Part shown: in pieces, positions 37,380 to 50,175 of the stretch
Layout of the letters: each line of letters begins with the position of its first letter
How positions within the stretch are numbered: position 1 is the stretch's first letter
DNA from: Chiloscyllium plagiosum
Taxonomy: Eukaryota
DNA: 62,370 nt
NCBI RefSeq assembly: GCF_004010195.1
Contig: NC_057719.1
Location: 15,686,257-15,748,626 of the forward strand
Direction of reading: 5' to 3'
The notes under the pieces: model-generated
Seen by the model: the letters and a program-made list of their open reading frames with translations, nothing else
What the model was told of the DNA's origin: nothing
Databases searched by the model: none
Translations under genes and position numbers: made by a program

Positions 37380-40300
37380 TGAGTACATTTCAGAGAGTTC
37401 AAGGACACAATTGATTTGACTAGGCCTAATGAATAAACAGCATGCAATTTGATTGCCCATTGTAATACATAGACCATCAACTAGTGGAAAGGATGCAGAA
37501 GAAAAGATCTACAATAAAAATACAGAAAGGAGTAAAACATCAAAGTAGTTATAATAGGAACCTTAACTTAGTCATTTGATATTGGCTGTTATAGCAGTAA
37601 TGCAAGGGGCAGTGAGGAACCCTATACGTTTTTGGGAGAACTTTCTCCTGCAATACGTGCCCAGTGTAACAAGAAAGGAGACACTGCTACACCTTTTCTC
37701 GGGAATGAGATGGGCCAAGTAGACCAAGTGACAGTAGCAAACATTCAGGAGACAGTGGTCTTTGTATGGCAAGATCTAAGATGATGGGAGAAAATGGCAT
37801 TCTTTTCTCCAGTGTAAGGGTAATCAATCAGCAGAGAGCAAGCTTTAATATGGAAAAATCCAACAGACAGGGAAAAACAGTGGCTGATCAATAGGCTACC
37901 TTCAAAATGGAGACGGTTTGGACACAGTCAAGATGGACTCCCTCAAAAAAAAAGGAAAGATGATAAAACAAATCCAGAGCTCTCTGGATGACAAAGACAG
38001 CAGAAATTAAGTTGAAGATCAAGAAGTGCACTTGTGACAGATGTCATTACGAGATATAGTTGAGAACTACACAGAATAGAGAAGATCCAGAAGGGAGGTG
38101 AAAAAGCAAATGCAGTGAAACAAAGCAATTATGAAAGAAGAGTGGCAGCTAACATGAAAAAGAAAAACCCTAAGTCTTCAATAGGATTATCAACAATAAA
38201 ATGGTAATAAAAAGAAGTGGGGCCAATTAGTGACCTAAAGTGGCATTAACATAAAGGCAAGTGGAATGGCTGAAGTGTTAAAGGATTAATTTGCAAACTG
38301 TGTTTACCTATGAAGCAGATGCTACCTAGCCATTCTGACAAGAGGAAGAAACCCGGTCATAGAATCAGAGTCATAGAGATGTACAGCATGGAAACAGACC
38401 CTTCGGTCCAACTCGTCCATGCCGACCAGATATCCCAACCCAATCTAGTCCCACCTGCCAGCACCCGGCCCATATCCCTCCAAACCCTTCCTGTTCATAT
38501 ACACATACAAATGCCTCTTAAATGTTGCAATTGTACCAGCCTCCACCACATCCTCTGGCAGCTCATTCCATACACGTACCACCCTCTGCATTAAAAAGTT
38601 GCCCCTTAGGTCTCTTTTATATCTTTCCCCTCAATGTCCTGTACAGCCGCAACATGACCTCCCAACTCCTGTACTCAATACTCTGACCAATAAAGGAAAG
38701 CATACCAAACGCCTTCTTCACTATCCTATCTACCTGCGACTCCACTTTCAAGGAGCTGTGACCCTGCACTCCAAGGTCTCTTTGTTCAGCAACACTCCCT
38801 CAGACCTTACCATTAAGTGTATAAGTCCTGCTAAGATTTGCTTTCCCAAAATGCAGCACCCTGCATTTATCTGAATTAAATCCATCTGCCACTTCTCAGC
38901 CCATTGGCCCATCTGGTCCAGATCCTGTTGTAATCAGAGGTCACCCTCTTCACTGTTCACTGCACCTCCAATTTTGGTGTCATCTGCAAACTTACTAACT
39001 GTACCTCTTATGCTCGCATCCAAATCATTTATGTATATGACAAAAAGTAGAGGGCCCAGCACCAATCCTTGTGGCACTCCACTGGTCAAAGGCCTCCAGT
39101 CTGAAAAGCAACCCTCCACCACCATCTGTCTTCTACCTTTGAGCCAGTTCTGTATCCAAATGGCTAGTTCTCCCTGTATTCCATGGGAGCTAACCTTGCT
39201 AATCAATCAGTCTCCCATGGGGAACCTTGTCGAACACCTTACTGAAGTTCATATAGATCACATCTACTGATCTGCCCTCATCAATCTTCTTATCAGGTTC
39301 CTGGGAATTTATCCACCTTTACCAGTTTCAAGACATCCAGCACTTCCTCCTCTGTAATACGGACATTTTTCAAGATGTCACCATCTATTTCCCTACAGTC
39401 TGTATCTTCAATATCCTTTTCCACACTAAATACTGATGCAAAATACTCGTTTAGTATCTCCCCCCTTTTCTGCACTCCACACAAAGACCGCCTTGCTGAT
39501 CTTTGAGGGGCCCTATTCTCTCCTTAGTTACCCTTTTGTCCTTAATGTATTTGTAAAAACTCTTTGGATTCTCCTTAATTCTATTTGCCAAAGCTATTTC
39601 ATGTCCCCTTTTTGCCCTTCTGATTTCCCTCTTAAGTATACTCCTTCTGCCTTTATGCTCATTTAAGGATTCACTTGATCTATCCCGTCTATACCTTACA
39701 TATGCTTCTTTTTTCTTAACCAAACCCTCAATTTCTTTAGTCATCCAGCATTGCCTAAACCTACCAGTCTTTCCTTTCACCCGAGAAGGTTTTAAAATTC
39801 ACAGATAAGCTACTAAGATAACATATTGGTTAAGTTGTTGGTACTTAAGTTTAATTAAGCACCAGGACCAGAAGAGATACTGAAGGAAGTGACTGTGGAA
39901 ATTTCAGAGACACTGGCAATAATCTTCCAACCTCTTTTAGATTGAAGATGATGCCAGAGGATTGGAGAATTACAAACATCAGGCAAGATAAAAGTCATGG
40001 AGTAAAAAAAAAGGACACAGTAGCAATATGGATGCAAAACTGGCTGAGAAAGAGGAAATGAAGAGAAATGGCGGATGGGCATTTTACAAGCTGGAAATTG
40101 TGGGACTCTCCAGGTGTACTGGGACCCTTGCTTTTCCTGTTACATAAATGATCTAAATTTTGGTGTGCAGGGGACGATTTCAAAGTTTGCAGATGAGAAG
40201 AATTGGGTAAATGAAAGCCCTGAAGAGGGGGGTGAGGAACTTCAAACAGATAGTGACACTTTGACGGAGTAGGTAGATAGGTAGCAAATAAATTTCAATG

Positions 40301-40545
40301 CAAGTGTGATGCATTTTGGTATAAAAGGACACGGTTTTTTAAAAAGGGTGTGAAGAATCCAAGACACTTGGCTATAGATACACACAGCCATTAAAAATGT
40401 GGCAGGACTGGTAGAGAGAGCTGTGAATGAAGCATACCATATTCTAGGCATCATAAATGGGGGTAGAAATTACAAGAATTGGGAGGTTACAACCACTGTA
40501 TGTAAAGTACTGGTTAGGTCTTGGCTGGAGAATTGTGTATTGTTT
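37380..40545 (+). mobile_element. Old CR1 ORF2 (+) split by a younger - strand HER1 copy
   Basis: APE and linker remnants at 37380-38350 and RT remnants at 39800-40545 (GTISKFADE). Confidence 0.7.
38360..39785 (-). mobile_element. CR1/HER1 LINE with internal deletions
   Basis: [22 protein letters not shown]...[11 protein letters not shown] and RIKENPKSFYKYIKDKR. Deletion junctions at ~38632 (relative to the 43255-44372 copy) and ~39292. Confidence 0.9.
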
Positions 40546-40677
40546 TGAAAAGCAATGTTGATATCAGTTAAGCAAAATGTCCATCTAAGTGATATCACTT
40601 TATGAAATGAATTGTCATCAATTTAGACATACTCAGATCTTTCTCACTGCTTTAGGTTGTTGCCAAAGAAAATGAGC

Positions 40678-40894
40678 AATCTTGAGAAATAAATCGAAAG
40701 CACACACAAGAACAGAAATTGCTGGAAAAGCTCAGTGGGTCTAGCAGCATCTATGCACGGAAATTAGAGTTAACGTTTCGGGTCCAGTGACCCTTCCTCA
40801 GACCTTAGTACTCAGTTCACAGATGTTGCCAGACTTGAAGAGCTTTTCCAGCAGTTTCTGTTTTGGTGTGTGCTTTTGATTGTTTCTCAAGATT
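40678..40894 (-). mobile_element. Hairpin Penelope derivative (third variant) with intact hammerhead-like core in the loop
   Basis: Imperfect ~77-bp inverted arms at 40678-40755 and 40818-40894. The - strand reads CTGAGGA-A-GGGTC-ACTG-GACCC-GAAA-CGTT at 40801-40772. Confidence 0.78.
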
Positions 40895-41133
40895 TCAGTT
40901 TAATATCTATTGTGAAGGCAGCTAACTGTGACATGTAGCACGCTTTACTTTTGCACTGAAGTTGGAGACTGTGGCAATATTGTTTAAAGTCAACAAATGT
41001 TTGCCTTCAAAGCAAGAATACAGTCAGTTGTTGACTTTAAACAATGTTGCCAAAGTCTCCAACTTCTGTGCAAAAGTAAAGAGAGCAACATTGTCACAGT
41101 TAGCCACCTTCACAATAGATATTAAACTGAAAT
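40892..41133. repeat. Long inverted repeat (~105-bp arms, ~31-bp spacer)
   Basis: 40892-40996 (atttcagtttaatatctattgtgaagg...tgtttaaagtcaacaa) is the reverse complement of 41028-41133, with scattered mismatches. Confidence 0.92.
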
Positions 41134-41655
41134 ATTGTTAGGGTGAACCCAAAAGATTTTTTGGAACTCTCAAGAGTTGTTTTTTGATGCTTGAGACAAT
41201 ATTCTTCCCTCAATTGATGCTACCAAAACCAAATCATTTCATTTGTACTTCAGGGTCCATAGTGTGTCCAAACTGTCTGCAGCACTAGTCTATAAAAGCT
41301 TGGCTAGACTGGTGTTCTTTGTCAGATCTGAAGCACAGAAATCTTGATAAACTGCAATATAAATGGAAGAAGTTTATTTGTATATAGATGTTCCAGACCA
41401 AGTTATGTTAAGCTATAACTGAATCATCATCATTCTTGATCACTTTATTCAGAAATGGTCTTCAAATTTCAATATTTCCTGATCAACCTGCTCAGACATG
41501 TTACCACATTCCTCTGGAGCAGGTGGAACTTGTACTCTGGATTCCTGGCTCAGAGGGTAGGTACACTACCACTGTGCCACATGAGCACTTGACTTCAAAT
41601 GCTGAGGAGAAAAATCTTGATGTACACAGCACAATTAACTGATTGGCACCCTCAC

Positions 41656-41751
41656 CTGTTGGAGAAGTGACACTGCTGTAGGACTGAGATGGTCCGGGAG
41701 TTTGAGCTGGGTGTAAGGATGGATTCTGGAAGGGTAGCACTGAGACAAGGT
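41656..41751 (-). CDS. RPS6KL1: RPS6KL1 coding exon 9, 96 nt
   Basis: gtcccAG|ACCTTG ... CAACAG|GTgagg. Translates TLSQCYPSRIHPYTQLKLPDHLSPTAVSLLQQ. Confidence 0.93.
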
Positions 41752-42835
41752 CTGGGACAGACAGAGATACAGAACATCAGTTTACAATACTGAGAAACAC
41801 AATTCTGGGTCAATAGTCCTTTGATTGTATTTCTCCAGCAGGGGTATAACTTCTGACGACTAATACATTAAAAAAAAATTATCACTTGGTTAATGAGAAA
41901 CTCAAAATAAGCAATTCACACTTAAGAGTAGATTCAAATTGGCTGAATTATAGAAAACAAATGGATACTTGAAGGAATCAAACCAGGTGCAAAATAATCA
42001 GTTGGATATTCTAAGGGTACATGGAGGCTACTTTTTTTTTCTAATTTGGATCAAATGACTTGCATTTGCAACTCAGTCAATTGCAAGTTTGTCAACTTTG
42101 CAGATGAGTGGCAGTAATACGCAGAAAGAACAGTAGGTTACATGGAATGTCTACATTAAAGCAATGACTTCAAGAAAAACATGGAAACAGTACTTCAGTT
42201 TTGATTGGATTTGAATAGATTAAGGGGGAAGAAGAAAGAAACTTTGTTTTGGTTGACTTGAATTGCTACAATTCGAAATGATGCAAAACAGCCATCAACA
42301 AATTCAACAGTATATAAAAATAAGTTTGACGGAGCTGTGATAAAACCATACAATGTTCTGGTCAGAGTTCATCCCAGATAACGCTGCCCCAAAACACAAG
42401 GTATTGTACCAGTCAAGGAACCGCAAAGCTCAGTAGGAACATTGGTAGCTTGAGTGAGATTAGCGTAACTTGAGCTTTTGTGTTGCAAGCAGGAACCAGA
42501 CAGGTGACCTAATTTTCTAAGCATGGAAAGTGGTTAAAAGGAATGGAAAAAGATACAGTCTGATTAAGATAGTCATTGAAATTGAAAAAAATAGGAGGAG
42601 GACGTGTACTCAGAGTACTGAAAGATACTAGGATTTGAATGTCCTTTAGTGAAAAGGCGAGATCAACAAATTGATCAGCACCAGAGTGCAGGTAGTCTAA
42701 ACCCTGGAATCGTTTAAGGGACAATTATTTGCAGCAATGGTGTCAGGATGTGTCGAGCCACTTACCTTTATGCAACTGGTATAAAATCTCAACAACAAAA
42801 AAAAAACAAGATGTCACAAAAGCGTCAACAGTTAC

Positions 42836-42918
42836 CATCCCAGTTAGAAGTTCAAACAGCAATGCTCCAAGGCTCCACCAGTCACAGGCCTCTGTTACTC
42901 TTCCAACCCCACCAACCT
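42836..42918 (-). CDS. RPS6KL1: RPS6KL1 coding exon 8, 83 nt
   Basis: tggcAG|AGGTT ... GGGATG|GTaact. Translates (E)VGGVGRVTEACDWWSLGALLFELLTGM (kinase subdomain IX). Confidence 0.95.
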
Positions 42919-43254
42919 CTGCCAACATTTAAAAAGAATTAGAAATTACAGAAGGTGACCTTAAATTATTACAAATATTATAATTTTAATGTTCCACATT
43001 TTCTTCTTAAACAGTACTTGGAGGTGCAGTGTAGGAACTATTCTTTTAGTTTTTCTTAATTTAAACATTGCTGAAAGGAGATACAAAGTTGTGCACTTAT
43101 CAATGCTAAGACACAAAAAACAGACTTTGAATAATGTATACTTAATATAGTATAATGAAGGTGGATTGGTTGAGTCACAGTTGGTATGGAGATACAGCAG
43201 GAATAGTTAATTGGCAATCTTCATTCTCAGACCAAACGGATAAATTGCAACTGG

Positions 43255-44372
43255 TCATAGTCATACAGATGTACAGCACGGAAGCAGACCCTTCAGTCCA
43301 ACCCATCCATACTGACCAGATATCCCAACCCAACCTGGTCCCGCCTGCCAGCACCCAGCCCATATGTCTCCAAACCCTTCCTATTCATATATCCATCCAG
43401 ATGCCTTTGAAATGTTGCAATCGTACTAACACATACACACAAACACACACTCTGCGTGAAAAGGTTTTTCATCTTTCCCCTCTCACCCTAAATCTATGCC
43501 CTCTAGTTATGGACTCCCCCATCCCAGGGAAAAGACTTTGTCTATTTATCCTGTCTATCCCCCTCATGATTTTGTAAACCTTTATAAAGGTCACTCGTCA
43601 GCCTTCAATGCTCCAGAGAAACCAGACCCAACCTATTCAACCTCTTCTTATAGCTCAAACCCTCCAACCCTAGCAACATCCTTGTAAATCTTTTCTGAAC
43701 CCTTTCAGGTTTCACAACATCCTTCAGATAGGAAGGAGACCAGAAGTGCATGTAATATTCCAAAAGTGGCCTAACCAATGTCCTGTACAGCTGCAACATG
43801 ATCTCCCAACTCCTGTACTCAATACTCTGATCAATAAAGGAAAGCATTTTAGACACCTTCTTCACTATCCTATCTACCTGCGACTCCACTTTCAAGGAGC
43901 TATGAACCTGCACTCCAAGGTCTCTTTGTTCAGCAACACTCTCTGGGACCTTACTATTAAGGTGTATAATTCCTGTTAAGATTTGCTTTCCCAAAATGCA
44001 ACACTTCACTTTGATCTAAAGTAAATTCCATCTGCCACTTCTCTGCCCATTGATCCATCTGGTCCAGATCCTGTTGTAATCTGAGGTAATCTTCTTCACT
44101 GTCCACCTCCAATTTTGGTGTCGTCTACAAACTTACTAACTATACCTCTTATGCTCACATCCAAAATCATTTATATAAAATGATGAAAAGTAGTGGACAC
44201 AGCACCGATCCTTGTGGCACTCCACTGGTCACAGGCCTCCAGTCTGAAAAACAACCCTCCACCACCTAACCTTGAGATCTAACCTTGCTAACCAGTCTTC
44301 CATGGGGAACCTTGTCAAACGCCTTACTGAAGTCCATATAGATCACGTCCACCGCTCTGCCCTCATCAATCC
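43255..44372 (-). mobile_element. CR1/HER1 LINE 3' portion
   Basis: QRDLGVQVHSSLKVESQVDRIVKK...LYRTLVRPLLEY peptide and the family tail at 43255-43300. Confidence 0.9.
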
Positions 44373-44822
44373 TGGGTGCTATCATAGGTTTGCAGAAGAG
44401 ATTAGCCATCTATGACCTCTTGTTCCCTCCAATGAAAAAAAAATTGTAATGCATAAAACAGGGTTGTGTGTTAAAATACAGTACCTCTATTACATGCAAA
44501 TGCAGCACACTGAGCCTAATGACAAACCTAAACTAATTTCATGCGTAATTCTCAGCATGGGTTATTTTATAAACACTGTCTAACAGCAGAATTATATCCA
44601 AATGGTGGACATGGTGTTCAGAAACAAGCATGGGCTGCTTCAGGTCAGTCAATAAGCTGCCCACTGTGAGCATTCAACCAGATCATTACTTCCCTTCCCT
44701 TCCCCTCCCCACCCCCACCCCCACCCCCACTCCCTCAAGTCTATTTCTTGTGAACCAGTCCTGATGAGTACATGAAGAAAAGCTTTGATTTCCTCTCATT
44801 TTAGCAAGGCTTAAATGCAGTA

Positions 44823-45164
44823 CAGGTAGACACTCCTTTATCCAAAGTCTAAAAAGCTCCAAAATCCGAAGATATTTTTGTGAAGTTTTTCCTCTCATTA
44901 ACAAGGTTGTTTGGCATGCAAACAGTTAACCCAACTCCACACTCATTTGACCCACATCACTCAGATGCAATGTTGGGGCATGACCCAGCAATGGCAGCTG
45001 TCAATTCTGTCACAGGGTCCATAGTACTCACAGATGTGTCTGCTGTTCAGTACGTTTTGTAAATAATCTCACCGTTAAACTGTCACTGATTCCAAAATCC
45101 GAAAAATTCCGAATTCTGAAAACCAGCTGATCCCAAGGGTTTTAAATAAAAGATTGTGTACCTA
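44823..45164. mobile_element. Tc1/mariner-superfamily (pogo/Tigger-like) MITE
   Basis: TA|CAGGTAGACACTCCTTTAT ... ATAAAAGATTGTGTACCTA|TA: imperfect ~20-bp TIRs with TA flanks. Internal motif TCCAAAATCCGAA occurs near both ends (44858, 45091). Confidence 0.72.
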
Positions 45165-46687
45165 TACTAGTCAGCATTTATTTTCTTTCAGCAATATTCA
45201 GTGTAGAATATATTTCACCCATCTTATTTCATCCATCCAGAATAGCTCTATATTCTCCTAATGTTGGACGTAATTGTTTTGTTAGATGATATCAGTGTTT
45301 TTGCCTCTACCACACATTCTGATGGATCACTCTGAAGAGGTTCCCAATACAACACCACTTACTAGACTGAGGCAGTATCCCCTTTCCCTAACATTATCTA
45401 TTTGCCACTCTATTAGATGAAAAATTCAAAATCTCTCAGTTCTCTCTCATTGCTCTGGTAATCAGACTGTAGTGATATGTTTTATGGTCTACCTTTACAC
45501 GGAGCATCTCTAATACTCTGTGGCCAAACCACAAACATGTTGAAGTACATCGTGAGCAGAGCACTGGACAGTTAAAACACCTTCAAATTTTTTTTTGACT
45601 ATTCTGCTAAAGCAGACATTGTAATAACTTTACTAAACACCACTGTTTATTTCTGTAATTCCACATGCTACTTCTGGTTTATCCACCTGGAATTCCACTT
45701 TTCATTAAGGTGAATTGCCAATTCATCTTAAAGAGCCCAACAATGAGAAAAAAGAAATGCTAGAAGGAAATCATTTTAGTCAACAAGAAAAAAGAAGAAA
45801 CATGACAGTTGAGTGATTAAGTAAATGTCAAACAGATAACTAACAACTAGCAATTAGACTTCAGGCAGAATGAGATTAATCTAGGACAGAAAATATTTAT
45901 AGAAATGCCTTTAATGTGAAAAAGATCTCAAAACATTTCATTGGAGTATGTTATCAAAAAGATAGATAGGAAGAAACAAAGAAAAAAAAAAGTTACAAGA
46001 GTTAGGGAGGGAATGTCAGAGCCGAGGGAACAGGCAGCCAAAAAACACAGCCACAACTGCTGTGGCAATTAAAAATCAAGGATACTCAATTCATCATAAT
46101 TAGATAAGCAGAGGTTTCTAAAAGGTTGTGGGACTGAGATCATTACAGGGATTGGGAACAAAGAGACCAAGGAGAAATTTGAAAACAACATTCAGTTGTC
46201 TGAATGGAAGCCAATGTAGATTTTGTAAGCTCAGGGGAGATGGGTGAATCTTTTCCCAGAAAAGCTGACTACTAAACTAAGGGTTATAGCCTAAACTGAC
46301 CAGTTTTCTTACTCCCTGCCCAAATATTCTCTCTCCATTTATAAACCAAGTGATTGATACACTGTTCACCCGAGTCTCATCACAAGCAATCTGGTTTAGG
46401 TTCCATCTAACCGCCAATTACATAACTTTCAAGCTGCAACTGCACAAAATGGTGGCTCTTTGCTCCTACATTTTAACATTCCAAAAGCAGAGCTCAGGTC
46501 AGATAATTCTGAGCATGTAGTGAATCTAGTACAATTGTGATTTGGGTGTCTCTGCGAATGTGGTGCAATTACCCATTAAGTAAATCTGCTATCATTTATC
46601 TCAAAAAGATGTTAAATGTCTTCAGATACTTCACTGGGAAATCTAGTATGTGAGTTTAGTTTTGTAATCCAAAACCAAAATCGGTAC

Positions 46688-46777
46688 CTGGTGCACAGTA
46701 CATATCCTCTATCGCTTTAGCACTACATTGAACTTCAACTTCACTCCATTGGCCGAAGTAAGTGAGGCAAATGTGAC
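46688..46777 (-). CDS. RPS6KL1: RPS6KL1 coding exon 7, 90 nt
   Basis: ttgatAG|GTCAC ... CCAG|GTaccg. Translates (G)[29 protein letters not shown], with YFG in place of DFG. Confidence 0.94.
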
Positions 46778-46910
46778 CTATCAAGGTAGAAAATAGTAGT
46801 TCTCATCAATGATTTCACACAACACACACAACCTCCAGTCCTACATGATGGAAGCACCAATATTTGAGAAAAACTAGTACAAATCTTAAGCCCCTGCCCT
46901 CCCGTCTCAC

Positions 46911-48404
46911 CTGCATTGTCCACAAGTATATTTCTTGGATTTAGATCCAGACATACAATTCCTTGTTGATGTAAGCTTTCTAAGGCGAGAACCATCTCAG
47001 CTGCCCAGATTCTAATGTGATCCTCAGACAGACCAGAGGTGGCTTGATTTGGATCAGGCAGTTCAGCTTTTGAATTCAGAGTTGAAAGACATGCTCCTGA
47101 CAAATCTTCTGCTTTGTCAGGAGCAGAAAAGCCCAACATCCTGTTGCAGCACCTTCCATTCTCAGCTTTGCGAAGGCACCCTTTGCACAAAATAGTTCTG
47201 GCATTGCAATTCTCATGGTCACAGCAGGTTTCAGGAACTGACGTTTGGTTTGGAAGTTTAAACAGATGGTCAATCCTCTCAGGACTTTCACCTTTGTGGG
47301 TCAACACTTCCACTTCATTAGTTGAGATACCTTTCAACGTTAATGCCTTTACTGGAGGCTCAATTAAAGATGATTTCAAGTGCGTATTAGGTTGTTGCAT
47401 GGGGCTGAGTACACTCACTGAAGTCTTCTGCTCTGACAGCCCCTTTCCCAACACTGTGACAGCGGTATTTCTCACAGGCATTACAGATGATGCTCCTACA
47501 AGGACTAGCTCAGAATTATCCACAACACCAGTGACTTTGCTACTATCCTCAATGGTATCTAAAGGATTGACTGTAATTTGGTATGAACCTCTTTGCCGTC
47601 TGCTAGCCTTCAAGTTCAAGCTGGTGGCTCTAACAGGACTTCTAATTGGACTAGATCCATTCAGAGGCTTCTCATGAATCAAAATAACCTTTTCTTTCAG
47701 CAGATCTGAACCTGCTTGGCTTTGGTGAGTTTTTGATGACTTTGGGCTCAATGCATCATTGGAGCTTTTGATTTCTGAAAAACAATCATGGGACCGTAAA
47801 ATCTTATCCTCGTAGAGAAGCTGACTCTTTTCACTCTGAAGGTCTTTTTGCATGAAATGGTCCACAGTTATTGTCATGGCATGATTGGCGTTCTTTTCTG
47901 GAAGCAAGACATTGAGGTCAAAGGTTAAATCATCGCTATATATCAGATGCGCCATTTGTAAGCTTGTTCCCTCAGCACTCCCCCTCAAGCCATTCAATGC
48001 CAGGCAACCCTTTGAAATTCCATCATTTCCTTGCCAAATTTTTGCTTTGTTTGCACTCGCACTGTGTGCGCTCAGTTGGTCCGTGATATTTACTTGGCAG
48101 GATGCCTGGTCGTTCACAGATTCTTGTTGCGAACTTGATTTTGGATCATTGATGCCATCAGTATTGTACTCATACTTCTTGTCACATTTGCCATTTATTT
48201 CATTCTTGATCTCTCTTTGCCATTCTTTCTTGCTATTGGGTGGAAGTATGGAATTGTCACTGCACATGGATGAGAGAGAGGGAGCAGTATAGCTGTTTCT
48301 CAGTTTAATGGTTTTGTGATGTGGACTGGAGCATTCTGGAAATTCCATACCCTTTTCTGTGATAGATGGACGGAGGTGACGCAGCTGAGACCAAAGCTTC
48401 CCTG
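46911..48404 (-). CDS. RPS6KL1: RPS6KL1 coding exon 6, 1494 nt (long kinase insert plus catalytic-loop region)
   Basis: ttcAG|CAG|GG tandem acceptor. Open frame from AGKLWSQL to HIRIWAAEMVLALESLHQQGIVCLDLNPRNILVDNA, then G|GTgaga. Phase 1 to phase 1. Confidence 0.93.
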
Positions 48405-48524
48405 CTGAAGACAAAGAACAAAGACTTCAGCCTTACAATTTGCATTAGACAGTGGAAAATATTTTAACTGTAGTCTTACCAATGCAAAGCAGTAAGCAGT
48501 GATTAAAGATGTAACACATATAGT

Positions 48525-49062
48525 AGCTCTAGCTCAGTTGATAGCACAGTTACAGCAATCAGAAGATAGTGGATTCATGTCCCATTTAACATGACTTGAG
48601 CATAAATTTCAAGCTGAACAGACCAGTGCAGAACAGAGGAAGTGGTTCATGGTTAACAGGCAAAGGTTACACTCATAAAACGTCATAACACTATTATGAA
48701 GAATAATATTGGAAAACTTCCATGCCAACATGGCCAATATGTATCTCACAACCGACTCTGCTGAAACAAGCAAAAAACAAAGTCTCTTAATGGAATTTGT
48801 GAGAACGTGTTAACTTGGCTTTCATATTTCCTAAGTTACATTCGGGTATCAAAGATTATTGGGATAGATGGGAATGTAGGGAAGAAACAAACAGATCAGC
48901 CATGATCCTATTGAATGACACAGTAGGTTCAAGGGACTGAATGGTCTACTTCTGCGCCTAATTTGTATTGTTTGTACACACACAAGACCTACACTTAATC
49001 TATTGTAGCTTATTCAGAATGTCCCAAGGTTGCAAAAAGCATTATTAAAATGTAAGTTTTCT
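48525..49062 (+). mobile_element. Ancient degenerate tRNA-headed SINE (SacSINE1/DeuSINE-like) with an inserted CR1 tail; related remnants at ~21130-21270, ~41140-41375, ~49285-49500, ~61520-61780
   Basis: tagctcagttgatagcac A box and overall resemblance to the family as recalled. Not aligned to a consensus. Confidence 0.45.
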
Positions 49063-49769
49063 TTCAGGCAAATTTCTATGCAAATGAAGTTCCTCATCAA
49101 GATAAGAAACAATTGTTTTTGTGCCCAATTGTCCTATTAAGTTCACTACCTTGAATAGTCCCTATACAACCTGCATTGTCTACAACGGTCTCTTTTTCTG
49201 GATTACTGAAGTTAAAACATTGAACTAAAAATATTCAGCCCTGAGTTTCATTTGTGGAATGAAATTAGTCAGGGTCATAACAAAAAGAACTTGCAAATCA
49301 ATAGCATCTTTCACCACATTGGAATGTCCCAGGTAGCAAGAACATTCGAAGCACAGTCACTATTGTAATGGAGGAAAGATTGCAAAAAACGAGAGAGATC
49401 TGGACTAGATAAACTTTTTTTTGAGGAACATTGGTCAGGTCACCAAGGAGAGCTCCCTTACTCAAGCGAACAAATAAGGCCTTGACCTAAATCTCAAAGA
49501 ACATGAAATAGCAGATATTTTCTAATCAACCCTGTTCAGCGATGTTATTATACATCTCTGGAGTAAGTGGGACTTGAACCTGGACAACCTGGTTCAGGTG
49601 TATTCAATAGTATCAGCATTATGTTTACCCATGTAATCTTGCTATCCACTTAACTAGAAATATGGCCAATTTGACGAGTAGAAGTTCTCAGGGCAACAAA
49701 TAAAATATGATACAAAGTACAAAGAGATGAAACCAAGTCAAGCACAGGTGTGGTAATTATACCAGAGTC

Positions 49770-50175
49770 AGAGTCATGCTGCACAGAAAATCAAGTTTGC
49801 ATCAACTCATCTACAGTAGTCCCACTTGTCAGCAGTTAGCCCATAGTCTTGAATGGAAGAGCACTTGAAATGTCATTTTTAAAAGGCTAAGAGGAACTGC
49901 ATTCCATATTACCACCATCCTCTGGGTGAAAAATGACTTTCCCTATCTCTAACCTCTTGCCCTTCATCTTAAAATAATGCCCCTTCTTTATTGACCCTTC
50001 AATTAAGGGGAATAGCTGCTTCCTAACCACCCTATCCATGCCTCCCTCAATCAGGTCTCTTAGTCTCTCCCTAAAGAAAATAGCCCAAGCTTATCCAGCC
50101 TTTCTTCATAGCTATAACACTCCATCTCATGCAATATCACGGTGAATATTTTCTGCACTCCCCCCAGTGCAATCA
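49770..50175 (-). mobile_element. CR1 3' fragment (old)
   Basis: Reverse complement of RT C-terminal motifs (accaccatcctctgggtgaaaaa). Confidence 0.6.

Noticed and set aside
47114..48292. Antisense ORFs of 187 and 135 aa on the + strand
   Set aside because: They are shadows of the long coding exon, with non-ATG starts and no recognisable motifs.
46741..48414. 557-aa ORF as a stand-alone gene
   Set aside because: It is RPS6KL1 exon 6 plus read-through of flanking intron. The start is a non-ATG intronic codon, and the tail runs through the 133-nt intron (46778-46910) into exon 7 out of frame.
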